Shown in pieces: positions 25,896 through 40,161 of a stretch of 64,000 bases of DNA. A program made the position numbers and the translations under genes. A model generated the notes under the pieces. The model was not told the origin of the DNA. It made no database searches and was given only the letters and a program-made list of their open reading frames with translations. Position 1 is the first letter of the stretch. Every line of letters starts with the position of its first letter. The DNA is from Octopus vulgaris (taxonomy: Eukaryota), in contig OX597817.1 in the NCBI GenBank assembly GCA_951406725.2, forward strand, positions 137,578,001 to 137,642,000. Direction: 5' to 3'.

Positions 25896-26120
25896 CACAC
25901 ATGTATGCTTGCATTCATATGTGTATGTGTATCATTTAGTATACACAGGATTTACGTAATTATGTACATGTGTGTGTGTGTGTGTATGTGTGCATGGATA
26001 TATATATATTTGTGCATATATATGTGTGTATATATATATGGGTATATATATACATACATTCATACACACATATATGTATATATATATATATATATATATA
26101 CATACTCATACATACACACT

Positions 26121-26158
<38 letters not shown>

Positions 26159-26355
26159 ACAAAATTAGAGAATGGAGAAACATACTTAAATCAGTAAAAC
26201 ATCAACTATCCGATGATACTCAATCCATACTTTAATACACCATTACATATGAGTAAAGACAATATATAAAATGAAATGAGATATACAGTAATAGTAAAAG
26301 TAAAAAGATAAAGAGATATAAGTAAAAAATTCCAAATATAATATGCAAATAAATC

Positions 26356-26470
26356 AAAACTGACAGCTGTTTCGGCAGTGAGGACAGTCATACCTCATTT
26401 AACCTATAAGCCATAAAGGCAGGTATAAATGAGGCATTAACAAGGATGCCCACGGCCTCTTCAGAGAATT
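26356..26470 (-). ncRNA. type I hammerhead ribozyme (left-arm mirror copy)
   Basis: Reverse complement of 27384-27499 with a 1-nt indel in helix II. Confidence 0.65.
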
Positions 26471-26811
26471 AAATTAAATTTGTTATAATAGTGAAAAATA
26501 TTATATAATCATATACATATAAATATAAAAATATAAAAATGTAAAATATAAAAACTTATACATCATAATGCTACACTTATATAATATAATACACATTTGC
26601 ACAAAAAGGAAGGTAAACAGAACAAAATAAAACAAAATATATAACAGTGTATATATTAATATTAATAAGTACCGATAATATACATATTTGGCTAATAGTT
26701 TTTTTTATAAAAAAAAAAAAAGGGCTAACACATATGGAGATGAAAAATAATAATTAAATCCGTGGTACAGTTCATAAAATTCTAAAGCTATAAAAGTTAA
26801 TAAAAGTTACT

Positions 26812-26887
<76 letters not shown>

Positions 26888-26992
26888 TACTAAAAATAGA
26901 TACAGTTAAGTTAGCACCAAGTCCATCCTTTCAAGATGGACTTGGTGCTAACTTAACTGTATCTATTTTTAGTATTTTTTATTATTATTATT

Positions 26993-27044
<52 letters not shown>

Positions 27045-27383
27045 AGTAACTTTTATTAACTTTTATAGCTTTAGAATTTTATGAACTGTACCACGGATTT
27101 AATTATTATTTTTCATCTCCATATGTGTTAGCCCTTTTTTTTTTTATAAAAAAAACTATTAGCCAAATATGTATATTATCGGTACTTATTAATATTAATA
27201 TATACACTGTTATATATTTTGTTTTATTTTGTTCTGTTTACCTTCCTTTTTGTGCAAATGTGTATTATATTATATAAGTGTAGCATTATGATGTATAAGT
27301 TTTTATATTTTACATTTTTATATTTTTATATTTATATGTATATGATTATATAATATTTTTCACTATTATAACAAATTTAATTT

Positions 27384-27499
27384 AATTCTCTGAAGAGGCC
27401 GTGGGGCATCCTTGTTAATGCCTCATTTATACCTGCCTTTATGGCTTATAGGTTAAATGAGGTATGACTGTCCTCACTGCCGAAACAGCTGTCAGTTTT
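27384..27499 (+). ncRNA. type I hammerhead ribozyme with extended helix II
   Basis: CTGAAGA(27390)-GGC c GTGGGG...[ATGCCTCATTTA..TAAATGAGGTAT]...CCTCAC t GCC-GAAAC AGCT GTC(27493); palindromic ACAGCTGT; helix I weak. Confidence 0.7.
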
Positions 27500-28110
27500 G
27501 ATTTATTTGCATATTATATTTGAAATTTTTTACTTATATCTCTTTATCTTTTTACTTTTACTATTACTGTATATCTCATTTCATTTTATATATTGTCTTT
27601 ACTCATATGTAATGGTGTATTAAAGTATGGATTGAGTATCATCGGATAGTTGATGTTTTACTGATTTAAGTATGTTTCTCCATTCTCTAATTTTGTAGTA
27701 TTAATTTACGGTAATATTATTACCTTTACCCATTTAATACAATAGATGAACTGATTGCTTGACAATTTTTAACATCTATGTATTAATTTTGTTGGATACC
27801 TATCTAGCAGTATATTGGATATATATTATCCCATGGTGGGTTGAATTTTCAACCCCTATCTCATTTTATATATATATATATATATATTGAAAATTAAATT
27901 AGAAGCAGCACTTGCGTAATAAAACCTTATCATACCCACATATACTTGATGTATATATGTCATACATTTGCTGGTAAACAGGGATTTGGCATGGTGGAGA
28001 ATACTCTGTCGCAAAGGGCCAGGTATTTTAAACACCTGAAAGTCACGGACTGGCAAGATAACTCACCTGATTTCTTTTGATTCCCTGTGCTTTGAGAGAG
28101 TCATCTCCAC

Positions 28111-28242
28111 CTATTTCTTTATTACCCACAAGGGGCTAAACATAGAGAGGACAAACAAGACACTTGCCCAAGGTGCCATGCAGTGGGACTGAACCCGGAA
28201 CCATGTGGTTGGTAAACAAACTACCACACAGCCACTCCTGCG

Positions 28243-28245
<3 letters not shown>
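28111..28245 (-). mobile_element. chimeric SINE: family B head fused to family A tail
   Basis: Minus strand AGGCGCAGGAGTGGCTGTGTGGTAG...GGCACCTTGGGCAAGTGTCTTG then TTTGTCCTCTCTATGTTTAGCCCCTTGTGGGTAATAAAGAAATAG. Confidence 0.8.
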
Positions 28246-28280
<35 letters not shown>

Positions 28281-30459
28281 TAGCAGTTATTTGTATTTTG
28301 TCGAACAGGCAGTCAATGAAGGCAAAGTTGATCTGGGCGGGATTTGGACACATAATGCGAAGAGCCAGACGAAGCAATTTTTTCCGACGTTCTAGCGATT
28401 TTGCTGATTTGTCAATCCACCTTACCGCCTTATACAACAAATACGTGCATTTGTGTGCGTGTGTGTGTGTGTGTGTGTGTGCGTGTGCGCGCGCATATGT
28501 GTGTGTATATATGTAAGCTTTCTAATCACTCCACTTTGCATGTATCCCGCTGTGATTTTTTGTATGAATGAGACTAAATGTGCTTCAAAGTTGCTGCGGT
28601 TAAGTAACCTTAGATTTAATATGATAAGGCATCATGTGGGATCGGTTACCGAGAAATAAGTGTGAACTGAGATGCTGTGAAGAGGAGACAATTGTTGATG
28701 GAAGACAAGGGTTAGCACTTATCATAACGTTGAAATTATTTTGAATTCTATAGAAACTAAATTCGAAAAGTTAATATTAAAGCAGACATATCTGTGGATG
28801 CTGTGCCTCTGTTGACGACGCTAAGCTTGCACCAACCAGCACACTTTCACATGCGCACACGCATGATCATATGAGAAGTAGGAGCAGGCAACTAATTTTC
28901 GCACCCTCTCCATCCATGTGTTTGTGACAATTGAAAGAAAGATATACGCAAAAATTGAGGCGTCCCAAAGAAAAAGTGACAGCATGGCAGGACTTGATTA
29001 TTGGGATCGTCTCGAGAAGTTTAAACTTTAATCCGCCCAACGTCGCCACAAATGCTGTATCATTCGTAAGATGCGGAAAATATTCCAGCAGCGTTTCCCA
29101 AATGAGGTTGGTATCAACTTTTGAAAGCCGCCCTCTATAAAAATCACGCTCGCGTCACATCTAAGACAGAATTATTTCTTCTCAACTGGTCCTGGTCTCT
29201 TAAAATAAGAAGATCTCACAGCATTCAAACGGTTCCTAAACGAATATCTCCAACAAATTCCATTAAACCACGTACACCCGAATATATCTCTGCAAACAAT
29301 AACTCATTACTCGAATGAGCTCTGGCTCCCAAACAATGACTGTAATATGAGATGAAATGTCTTTTCCGGGTGGTGCTATTAAGTTAGACCTGACCACGAC
29401 CAATTTTGGCATCAACTTTTCTAAGTCTCTATGTAGGTACACGAACATATACACACGACTGTGTTTGAGTTTAATACTTTACACTGTTTTTCACATTTCC
29501 TTATATGTCCTTTCTATTTAGTTGAAAACAAAAACGTCCTTAAGTTTATTGACGTTTTGCGACTTTATTGGTCTTGTCTTCTGAATAAAGTGATGATAAT
29601 GCAGAATTTTTGGTACGTTTTGTAAGAGGCAACAAAGAGTCCTGGGAATAAAGTTGTAACTGATAGTGTTGTCAACGATCTGTGTGTTTTCTTTGACTAT
29701 GAATAAAACATTCTCTCGATTTATTTCTTTTTGTGGAATTCTAAATACGATGCCAGTATTATTATCAACTAAGTCTTTTTCCATATTGTTTTGTTTCTTT
29801 TTAAACATTATTATTATTATGTTACGCCGGCCTCACCAATCGGCTTCACAAATACGACTCTCTGTCTCTCCAGTTGACTGAGCATTTACCATAAAGAGAT
29901 ATTTAAACATATTATAATTTCGAACAGAGAAAAAAAAACATAACTGGACAACAAAAACAATGTAACCAAATGATTAGCTGTAGAAGCCTTACTAAAAACC
30001 AACAGACAAAACTCAGCAACGCACAAATCAAAATTTGCCAACAAATCTATCAGGAATTAACTGATAGACAAATTCAAATGCGGCGACGATGTTTCTATAA
30101 ATGAAAGTATCGTTCATATAATACTTTGCTGTTCACTATAAAACGCGTTAATGCATGCCATTGTTGTCACTTCATTCAGATGATAAGGCAGAAATTAAAC
30201 TAAACAGGAATATGAAATTATCGAAGCTGAACACAATTGAAGAATTTTTTATTGTTCAGTTTTGAGGAGGGACAGTGCTTATGATTATTTTCCAGGGTTT
30301 CCCAAACTAGTCTGAAGTATATATTATTAGATCTTACACTTGATCCGAATGCGGCAGGCAATTGTTTAATCATCACCATCGTCTAGTCGAGCTTGCATGG
30401 ACACTTTTGACCCGCACACGCCATCCATTTTGGTCCTGCATTAGTTGAGAGAAGTCTTC

Positions 30460-30597
30460 AGGGAACTTATATCCGATTGTTACGTCTTAAACATATCTTG
30501 GAGAACTCATCCCACCAAGAAACAGCTGTATGGAGACCTACCTGTTTCGACCATCATAAGGGAAAAGAGCTTGTGCTTTGCTGGATATTGTAAGTGA
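30460..30597 (+). pseudogene. RTE-clade LINE ORF fragment (post-RT region)
   Basis: Translates GTYIRL..VLNISWRTHPTKKQLYGDLPVSTIIREKSLCFAGYCK, like the RTE motif LNISW..HPT...LYG.LP.IS..IR.RRLRFAGH. Confidence 0.7.
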
Positions 30598-31459
30598 CAT
30601 ACAACTATGAATGCTAAAGCATGGCCGTACTCGACCAGGTCATCCAAACGCAACGTATGCAATAGTTCGATAAAGATACCTAAGTATCAAGTTAAACTGG
30701 GTGACAGGTTGTGCCCATTGTTCAAGATGGAAGGAATGGAGTTCATAAGGCAGAGATCTGCAGCGGATACTGCAATTCATCCCACCCAATGTTCGGACAG
30801 CTTTGACAGACCACCGTTCAAGGGTGGTACTTTACTTATCGATCCCGGATCGATGAAATGCCGAATTAACTTCAGTATCATTTGAACTCAGCACTTAAGA
30901 AGCTGATATACAAAAAACCGCATTAAAGCTACGACCAAGTAGCCGTCATTTGTAGGATATAATCCCTCTATGGTAATAATCTACATAAAGGATGGTTGGG
31001 TGGGTGGGTGTGTGGGTGGTTGAATAATGAATTTCTCCAGTCACGCATTACATCGTATTGAGAGAGAAGAAAAGAGTAAAAGAGTGACAGAAAAAGAGAG
31101 AGCTATCATAATAGGTGCAGCATGAATGCACATACTATGTTTGGTGGCCGTCAATGAGTAACAGAACGCTATGCACACATACAGAGACAGAAAACGAGGG
31201 TGAGGAGGAAGGAAGAGTGAAAAAAGACAGAGTAGTTATTGAAGGAGTTATATGTATGAAAATTTGGGTGAGCTAAATTTTATTTTAAGGTAATAAGTAT
31301 TATTCTTTTAAAAATTAATATTGATTTCATCAGTTTTGTATAGACACCGAAATATTGGATAAAAGTTAAATTTTGATCATTGTATGTTTTGCGATGTTTC
31401 CTGATATCACCCAGGGTGATAAAAGTATACTTCCGTAGGACGAGTAATACTCTGCGATA

Positions 31460-31518
<59 letters not shown>

Positions 31519-31519
31519 A

Positions 31520-32133
31520 ACACCATCAGTTGATGACTCAAATGCATGTTTCGGCATGACTGCAAAGAATATGCCAAACAGAGTGGGGGAAAGCACACAG
31601 CCCTGATTCACGCCGTTACGTATGTTGAACGCTTCCGAAGAAGAGCCATCAAACTGTATGACGTCTTTCATATCCGTGTGAAATGATTGGACAATCCTGA
31701 GGTATTTTGGAGGACAGCTAATCTTGGCAAAGATTTTGAACAGGCCGTCTCTACTGACTAGGTCAGAAGCGTTTGTGAGGTCAATGAAGGTGATAGAGTG
31801 ATTGTCTTTGCTCTCGGCACTTCTCCTGTAGCTGCCGAAGAGAGATCATATCGATGGTAGGGCGTTATGATCTGAAACCGGAATCTCAATTCGGGGGGTA
31901 CTCTCTCAGCGATTTTCTGTAACCTGTGTAAGGCCACGCGGGCAAAGACCTTCCCAACGATGCTTAATAGCAAGATGCCTTGGTAATTACTGCAGTCGCT
32001 TTTGTCCCACCAGAGATCATCAGATGTGCAAGGAGAATTCTACTCAGCCATTTGTTGAAACTACTGTGCCAGTGCTTGGGAGGAGGGGGAAATCCTGCGA
32101 GACCTGAGAGACTGCAACATTGTCACCCTATGT
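31520..32133 (-). pseudogene. RTE/BovB-like LINE RT fragment with inverted 5' segment
   Basis: Minus: GDKSDCSNYQGILLLSIVGKVFARV...NGVNQGCVLSPTLFGIFFA; plus-strand 32007-32133: PPEIIRCARRILLSHLLKLLCQC/WEEGEILRDLRDCNIVTL. Confidence 0.88.
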
Positions 32134-32770
32134 ATGATATATGATATCATGTAATGTAATATAACATAATATGATATATAGCATATAATATAGTACACAC
32201 ACACACACATTTATCGACAGAATGTAGACAGAAAAGAAACATGAAAGAGATCACAATTCGATAACCGCTGATATCGACTCGCTTTCGTAATCTGTGTGTG
32301 AGTGCAACCACATTGAGTTACTCTTGGGGAAAGTAATCAACTCTTGATTAACCTTCTCATAATTATGTATAGATACACAAACACACACACGCACGCACAC
32401 ACACTTAAACACACATGCACTCATACACACATATACACACATCAATTGTTATTTTCTCATTGGATAAACATAATTAGACTGTAAACGTTATACTGTAATA
32501 AGGTGACATCAAATTATTTGCCCTTCTCAACAGATTTGACATTACAGAGCCATTGAAATAGTTTGGTGCCCCTGCTGCTGCTGCTGCTACTGCTGCTACT
32601 GCTGCTACTGCAAGTGCTGCTGCTATTCTTGGTGCTGTCAAACGTACAACGAGTAACAATGCTCACTAATTGCTTTTCCAATGGCCTCTGAGAATTTATG
32701 AAACTCAGCAATTCCACCATTTCTTTTCGTGTGTGTGTGTGCGCCAGCGTGCGTGTGTGCGTGCATGCGC

Positions 32771-32803
<33 letters not shown>

Positions 32804-32921
32804 TGTGTGTAAGAGGGCCTGTTTGTGCATGTGTGTGTACATACAAACATACATACTTGCATAAGTACGCACACTCACACACACACATATCAATACACGG
32901 AAGCATATACACATATATGCA

Positions 32922-33028
<107 letters not shown>

Positions 33029-33203
33029 AAATGGGACAAGAATGCAAAACATCCAAACAGACGATACAAAAAACACGGACGGGTCATTCAAAGCCTTTAA
33101 TCTTCAGTCAAGAACCGGATCATCCTCGCAATATCGGCTGATTAATCTTGAGATTGCTCCAATCTGGCCAGCCCCAAGGAAAAACTAAGCTAACAGCATT
33201 TGC

Positions 33204-33271
<68 letters not shown>

Positions 33272-34087
33272 TATAAGTATGTGTATGTGTGTATGTATGG
33301 GTGCATCCTTGTCTGTGTTGTGTGTATGTGTGTATATATAGATGTATCCTTATCTGTGCATGTGTGTATGTGTATGCGTGTTTGTAAATAAGTCTTTACA
33401 CTCGACAAATACATTTTGCCCTCCTCAGACACTTGCTTCTTTCCCGAGTCAATTATTGACATAGATGTCTTACCTGCTATTTCTAGCAACCATATCTCCC
33501 TAAATTCATTTGTCACATTAATTTGCATAAAGTGCTCCTCAGTTCGTTGCATAAGAAAAAACAACATGGTCACGGCTGGAATGTTTTTGAACATAGGCCT
33601 TCTCTATGATGTCTGATCTGGGGCTAAACCACCTTAACAAGTTCCTTGGATTCTTTTTTGCATACGCACATAATCATATACACCCTCCATATATGTATGT
33701 ATACACAAACGGGTATGTATGTAAGTGTGCATGTGTGTTAGTGTGTGTTTCGGTGTGAGGCCGTGTGGTTCTCAACCAGGAATGGTCTATCGATTCTAGA
33801 ATACTGAGTGGCATTTAGCAGTTATTTCTAATCTCGCGGCCGGCTCCATATGCGTTCCCCTCGTTATTTGTCCTACCCTTATGTTCTAGCTGTGTTCACA
33901 CAAGTCATGGTTGGATGGGGTCCAACAGTTGCTGCCGCACCACACACACACTACCTCTACTGTTGCACATACCAAACATAGTCCAATACCAATGCGGTGT
34001 CAGAGTTTTGTACCTAACACGGTGTCATGGGGCAAAGGAAAAGGTAAACGGAGTTCAAGTTTGAAATGGCAGACGACAGGGAGCCAA

Positions 34088-34155
<68 letters not shown>

Positions 34156-34216
34156 TAATAATAATGATAATAATATAATAACAATAATAATAATGATAAT
34201 AATAATAATAATAATA

Positions 34217-34348
34217 GCTTAGAACTGCAAGAGACCTCCGTATAGTTTTTGAAGCATGATTTGTAAACAAGTGTCACCTTAGTCTGCTGGCTGTGGGCAG
34301 CTGACAATTTCCATCATAACCAGCAAAATAAAGCTGAGATTTTTCGCG

Positions 34349-34349
<1 letters not shown>
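34217..34349 (+). mobile_element. R4/Dong-like LINE 3' end embedded in (TAA)n
   Basis: Matches 58168-58292 (GAACTGCAAGA...GAAGCATGA...AAACAAGTGTCACCTTAGTCTG...CAAAATAA); (TAA)n on both sides. Confidence 0.85.
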
Positions 34350-34411
<62 letters not shown>

Positions 34412-35929
34412 GAGCAATATATCAAAATATTTTCATAGGCCATAAAGAAAGGTCAGAATTTCTTGTAGCAAAGAGCTGATAAAATAGCGTTTCGTTGTTC
34501 GTTTATCCACGCCTCTCAACTTCACGGTTGATTCAAAGAATAACCTGTAACTGGTAGATCATCGAGCGATAATTGAGGCATTCTGTTGGTGGCGAAGGAA
34601 ATCAAAGGAAGTTGTTGAGAAAGCAAAAGTTGACAGCCTGCTGATTATGGTATTACATGTCTGGGCAAAGATAACATATATTTTGTTATTTGTGAAGAGT
34701 GGAGAGTTCATTACAGAGATAAGATCGCAATCACTTCAAGAAGCGAAGCACCAAATAAATATTTTTCCCCTCCTCTTCTTCGCAGCATCGACCCTGATTT
34801 TATTGAGGGCTGGGTATTTAAAGACCCATCGCTTCGTGTTTCTAAAAGTATCATTCCCCGCTGAATGTCCTGGTGTCAGTGAATCTTGTGTTCTCAATAT
34901 GGCAACTTTCTTATATTTTCTGGCTGGCTGCTAGTTTCGAACGTCGTTTGACAGATTCGGATCAATCGCAGAAGCTGCGTTGCTTGCACGTCGGTCTTGA
35001 GATGTCAACGATGTCTCGGGGCCTCGATAGCTGATCAATAGGAGGACAGTAGCAATCATTTATCGGTCTTGCTTTCTAACAGCTCGTTTATTAGAACAAA
35101 GAACAATTCTTACTAAAGAATAAACTGAAGACAGGTGATTGACATTGGAATTGTTGTCTTCTGTTCATGTTCTATACTAACTGGATAATGTTGTCGAAAC
35201 ATCGCCATTCGTGTTCTTTAGAAGGGGTTATTGGAGGGTGTTAATGACTCCTCTGGAATATACTGATGACAAGGAAATGAATTGTGCTTCTTATAGGAGG
35301 TACAGTACACATGGAGTGGAGCTATGGACATTGGTAAAGGAAGCTGACAAAATACCATGTTTCATAAAATTTAAAATGCTATCAAACATTTTGAACTTGT
35401 TTCATCATCTTGGAGAAGAAATCAGAATTAAATGGTGTGGGATCCATCTTGTCATCCCGCAAATAAAGATGGGCGACAAAAGAAATTTTTCACTAAGAGT
35501 TCGAGAATTACTATTGTAGAGGACATCCAAATCAGTTGTAAAAAAAATTATAAGAGTCTTTGGCCAGGCAATGCTGCCGGAAATGGGTATGATATCGGTT
35601 TGGGATAAAAACTACTTTTTCGGTTGAGTCGTCAACCAGAGATGAAAAGGACAAGCAAGGCTGGTCAATTTGTAGATTATGCCAACTTGTTGAGGCAGAA
35701 CCAGTGTCCAGTCGACTCCATTGTGAAGGACATCCCTCTAACTACATGTCAAGCGGTTTATAAAGAAAGAAAGCCCAGGACCATCCCTTTTTTGTTAAGG
35801 CAATAGTTAACCCACTTTACATAAGATCTGAGATCGGACGGTGGGAAGGAATGAGGGATGAAATAGCTCCACGTCTGTTTCACTTGTAAGAATTAAGAGA
35901 TGACATACGATCAGAGAACGTCCCTTACA

Positions 35930-36329
<400 letters not shown>

Positions 36330-36905
36330 ACCTGAAATGACTCCGGTTGCACAGATGGTGAAAAATCACACAGTTCTAAAACCATAGAAACGTCATTTAC
36401 ATCCAGAAACAAGATTGAAGTACGAACGTGTTGACCTCAGTTGTAAGCTATGTGTGTGTGCGCGTGTGTGTATGTGTGCGCGTACGCGCAGCGTCTGTGT
36501 GGATGCAGTTTTTGCTCTTCGTCTTTATTTGTGCGTTGGCCACTACATTCTGTTTTAGCTCATTGGCCTTGTCACGGATAAAAATCGTCGTCATCATCAC
36601 CCCCACCATTACCACCAACACCACCACCACCACCATCATAATCATCATCGGGCGCTTATTAGTGGTGTCTTTAGTGGTCTGAGTGGTCATCCAGTTCCTT
36701 GCTTGTCCGTGTCTCCCCCTAGTGGGGGAATTTGTTATCATGAATCTTCTTTTTAATTGTTATTCTATCATCGTTCAAAAGTGTGTATAAAATCTCCCAT
36801 TTTCCTTCGCCTTTGGTTTAGCCTGTTTTTCAACCCATCTGGCTCGTAAAAAAAAATGGCATCACCACGACCACTACCACCAGCAACGGTGGCGGCAGCA
36901 GCAGC

Positions 36906-37044
<139 letters not shown>

Positions 37045-37100
37045 GTAGTAGCAGTAGTAGCAGCAGCAGTAGTAGCAGCAGCAGCAGCAGCAGCAGTAGC

Positions 37101-37156
<56 letters not shown>

Positions 37157-37903
37157 ATGAAATCATTATCATGATGATAATGATGATGATGATGTTGGTG
37201 CTATGCGGGTTCGGGGTGGTATTGATACGTTTCCGCCATTAACGTCATTACATGGTAATCCCCGTTCCTTTCACTTCTGCAAGAGAACTTAATCAGTCGA
37301 TCTGTGGTATCTTGAGTCACTGAACCATTCCAGCCAAAGAGTGACACCCTTCTTGTAGCAAGTGAGGAGAGGGTGCCGCGGTGGGATTTCGTGTTGGCTT
37401 GAATTTAGGTGATGGCGTAATATACTGAAAGCTGTGAGTGGGCGTGGGGCGTCTTGTCAGGAAAAAAATTTCTGATAACAGCGATACAGTGTTGTTTTCT
37501 GGACAAACAAGTTCAATACTCAGCAACAACCCCACCCGCATTCACAAAATAACGGGTGGCTGAGTAACGTCAGTTGCTTGTCGTAGCTACAATGCCAACG
37601 AAGGTTAGAGAGACGGGGTATTGACGTGCTGGGTCCAAATCAACGTCCTCTATCCAGAGAAACCTTCACGTCAACAATTCTAAACCTTCCAATGTCTAAA
37701 CAATTTAGAGAGCAATTATACGTGTTATTTATTGGATTTACGCACACCCACACACATACACACACACACACACTCACTCACATACACACACACACACACA
37801 CTCACACACATACACACACTCACACACATACACACACATTCTTTGTTTCGTCCTCTAGTGTCCATATTGTTTTTCTTAATGTAAACCCTTTGTGGTTAAT
37901 AAA

Positions 37904-37978
<75 letters not shown>

Positions 37979-38077
37979 CATTATTATTATTATTATTATT
38001 GTTGTTGTTATTGTAGTTGTTAACAATAAACATCTCAAATTTAACAATTATCCTCATATTTAGAATTCATCATCCTT

Positions 38078-38108
<31 letters not shown>

Positions 38109-38123
38109 TTATTATTATTATTA

Positions 38124-38177
<54 letters not shown>

Positions 38178-38711
38178 GTGGAAGCTATCAATTACTGATG
38201 AAGTGTCCTCCCCTCCTCCTTCTCCGACGCTATCATTATAACGGAGATATTGATATTAACGTTTGTGTCCGCGTGTCTCCCGATAGAGATCTGACTATGG
38301 TTTCACCCATCTGTCATACAATCCACTTGGCAATAATTAACCATTTAACCATTGAAATGCAACCAGTTATTGATATCGGCTGTTGATATACATCTCCATG
38401 CATTTTATGCATATACATGCATAAACGTGTATAGAGGTTTGTGTGTATATATGTGTATATACATGTATATAGGTTTGTATGTACGTGAATACATGTATGT
38501 GTGTGTACGTGAATACATGTGTGTGTGTGTATATGTGCATGTGTGTGTGTGTGTGTGTGTGTGCGTGTGTGTGTGTTTAGGAATGTATGTCTAAGAAATC
38601 TAATTTTTATGTCATCAACCGTAAGTTCAAATCCACTGTAAGCAATGTTTTTGTTCGACGCACACCACTTTCAACACCGTCTCATCTCGATGCCATATTT
38701 TCTGGTAATAT

Positions 38712-38915
38712 TCTTTTCTACTCTAGGAACAAGGCTCGAAATTTTGGGGAATGGAGGCCAGTCGGTTAGATTGACTCCAGTACACAACTGGTATTTAATT
38801 TATCGACCCCAAAAGGTTGAAAGGGCAAAGTCGACCTTAGAACGTAAAGACAGACAAAATACTTCTAAGCATTTCGCCCAGCATGCCAACGTTTCTGCCA
38901 GCTCCCCACGCCTTC
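38712..38915 (-). mobile_element. SINE family A copy
   Basis: ACTGGTATTTAATTTATCGACCCCAAAAGGTTGAAAGGGCAAAGTCGACC...AAGCATTTCGCCCAGCATGCCAACG. Confidence 0.8.
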
Positions 38916-39742
38916 CATTTTCTATATAATATTTTACAATATTAAATCGGAGGGTTTGTCGTCTTATCAACAGGAGTTGTTGATACTAAGCATTGCTCAT
39001 CAGATGATAAGCCAAGGGTAAAGGTGTTCGCTTTATGTTATCATGTAAGCATTATGTCTTATCTTGATTTATATTACTTTAGAATTAATGAAATAGTTTA
39101 ATTCGGAATGTCAAACATCTTTAAGGCTTCTTCTTGTCGTTGCTATAATTGTTGCTGATGTTAAGCTTCTTCTTGTTCTTGTTGCTGTTGCTTAATCACA
39201 ACGTAAGCCATGACTGAGCAGGCTTATGACCAAAGGCATCCCAAACATAGCCACCTCATCTATTTTCCGACCACAGAGTCCTGAAGTACATTATAAAAAA
39301 CGCCCGTGTTTAAGTCATTATGGTGGTGATAGTTTGGAGATTAGGCTGCTATTTTTAACAAGCCTATTGGTTAACTAAAGTTACCCTGGTTGGTTTGTAA
39401 AGTTCCATTCTTGAGTAAAAGACTTTCAAGTTGTGTCTTTTTATGGAATTGAAAGAACAAAATGAATGCCACAAGCCGAAATGCATTCCATCGCATAAGA
39501 TACAGACAGAAACAGTATTTCCTCCGTAGCATATTGGAATAAGTGTTCCCTAATCGGGGCTGAAAATTTGGTATTGCCGGTTGTACTGCGATTTGGCGCA
39601 CCAAAGAGACGGGGATCGATTCATGCTGGTGAATGTGATCACCTTTTGGAAAATCGAATAATTTAAGTTTATATTAATTGACTAAACCGTTTCAATTATG
39701 GTTCTATGCACAGACACACGCAGACACGTATCTATGTATACC

Positions 39743-39863
<121 letters not shown>

Positions 39864-39885
39864 CTGTATCTCTGTAACTCTCTCG

Positions 39886-39981
<96 letters not shown>

Positions 39982-40161
39982 ACGTGTGTATAGGCTTCAG
40001 TGTAAGAAAAGAGAAAAAGAATCTATTCGGTCCAGGAAGATATTTCTTTGCTCGATTCTGAAGATAAACTTTAATTTGGGTCAGAATTTATAAAGCATCA
40101 ACGTTCACACTTCACGTGAACAATATTCGGAGGAGCTCCAGACGGTTTGTAGGTACATATA

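Larger units (their letters stand above)
26157..27868. mobile_element. Penelope-like inverted pLTR element: 1.54-kb palindrome plus about 170-bp unpaired tail
   Basis: Arms 26159-26927 and 26935-27696 are near-perfect reverse complements with a 7-nt spacer CTTTCAA; HHR in each arm; (TA)n on both flanks. Confidence 0.8.

Noticed and set aside
28061-28110. Minus-strand donor CAG|GTGAGT near the chimeric SINE, and donor TAG|GTAAGT at 4586
   Set aside because: Isolated splice-like motifs without supportable exons
29260-29808. Minus-strand ORFs vaguely like a LINE ORF1
   Set aside because: No zinc knuckle or other diagnostic motif seen
30519-30531. GAAACAGCTGTA palindrome resembling HHR helix III
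   Set aside because: It lies inside an RTE coding fragment (KKQLY) with no upstream core
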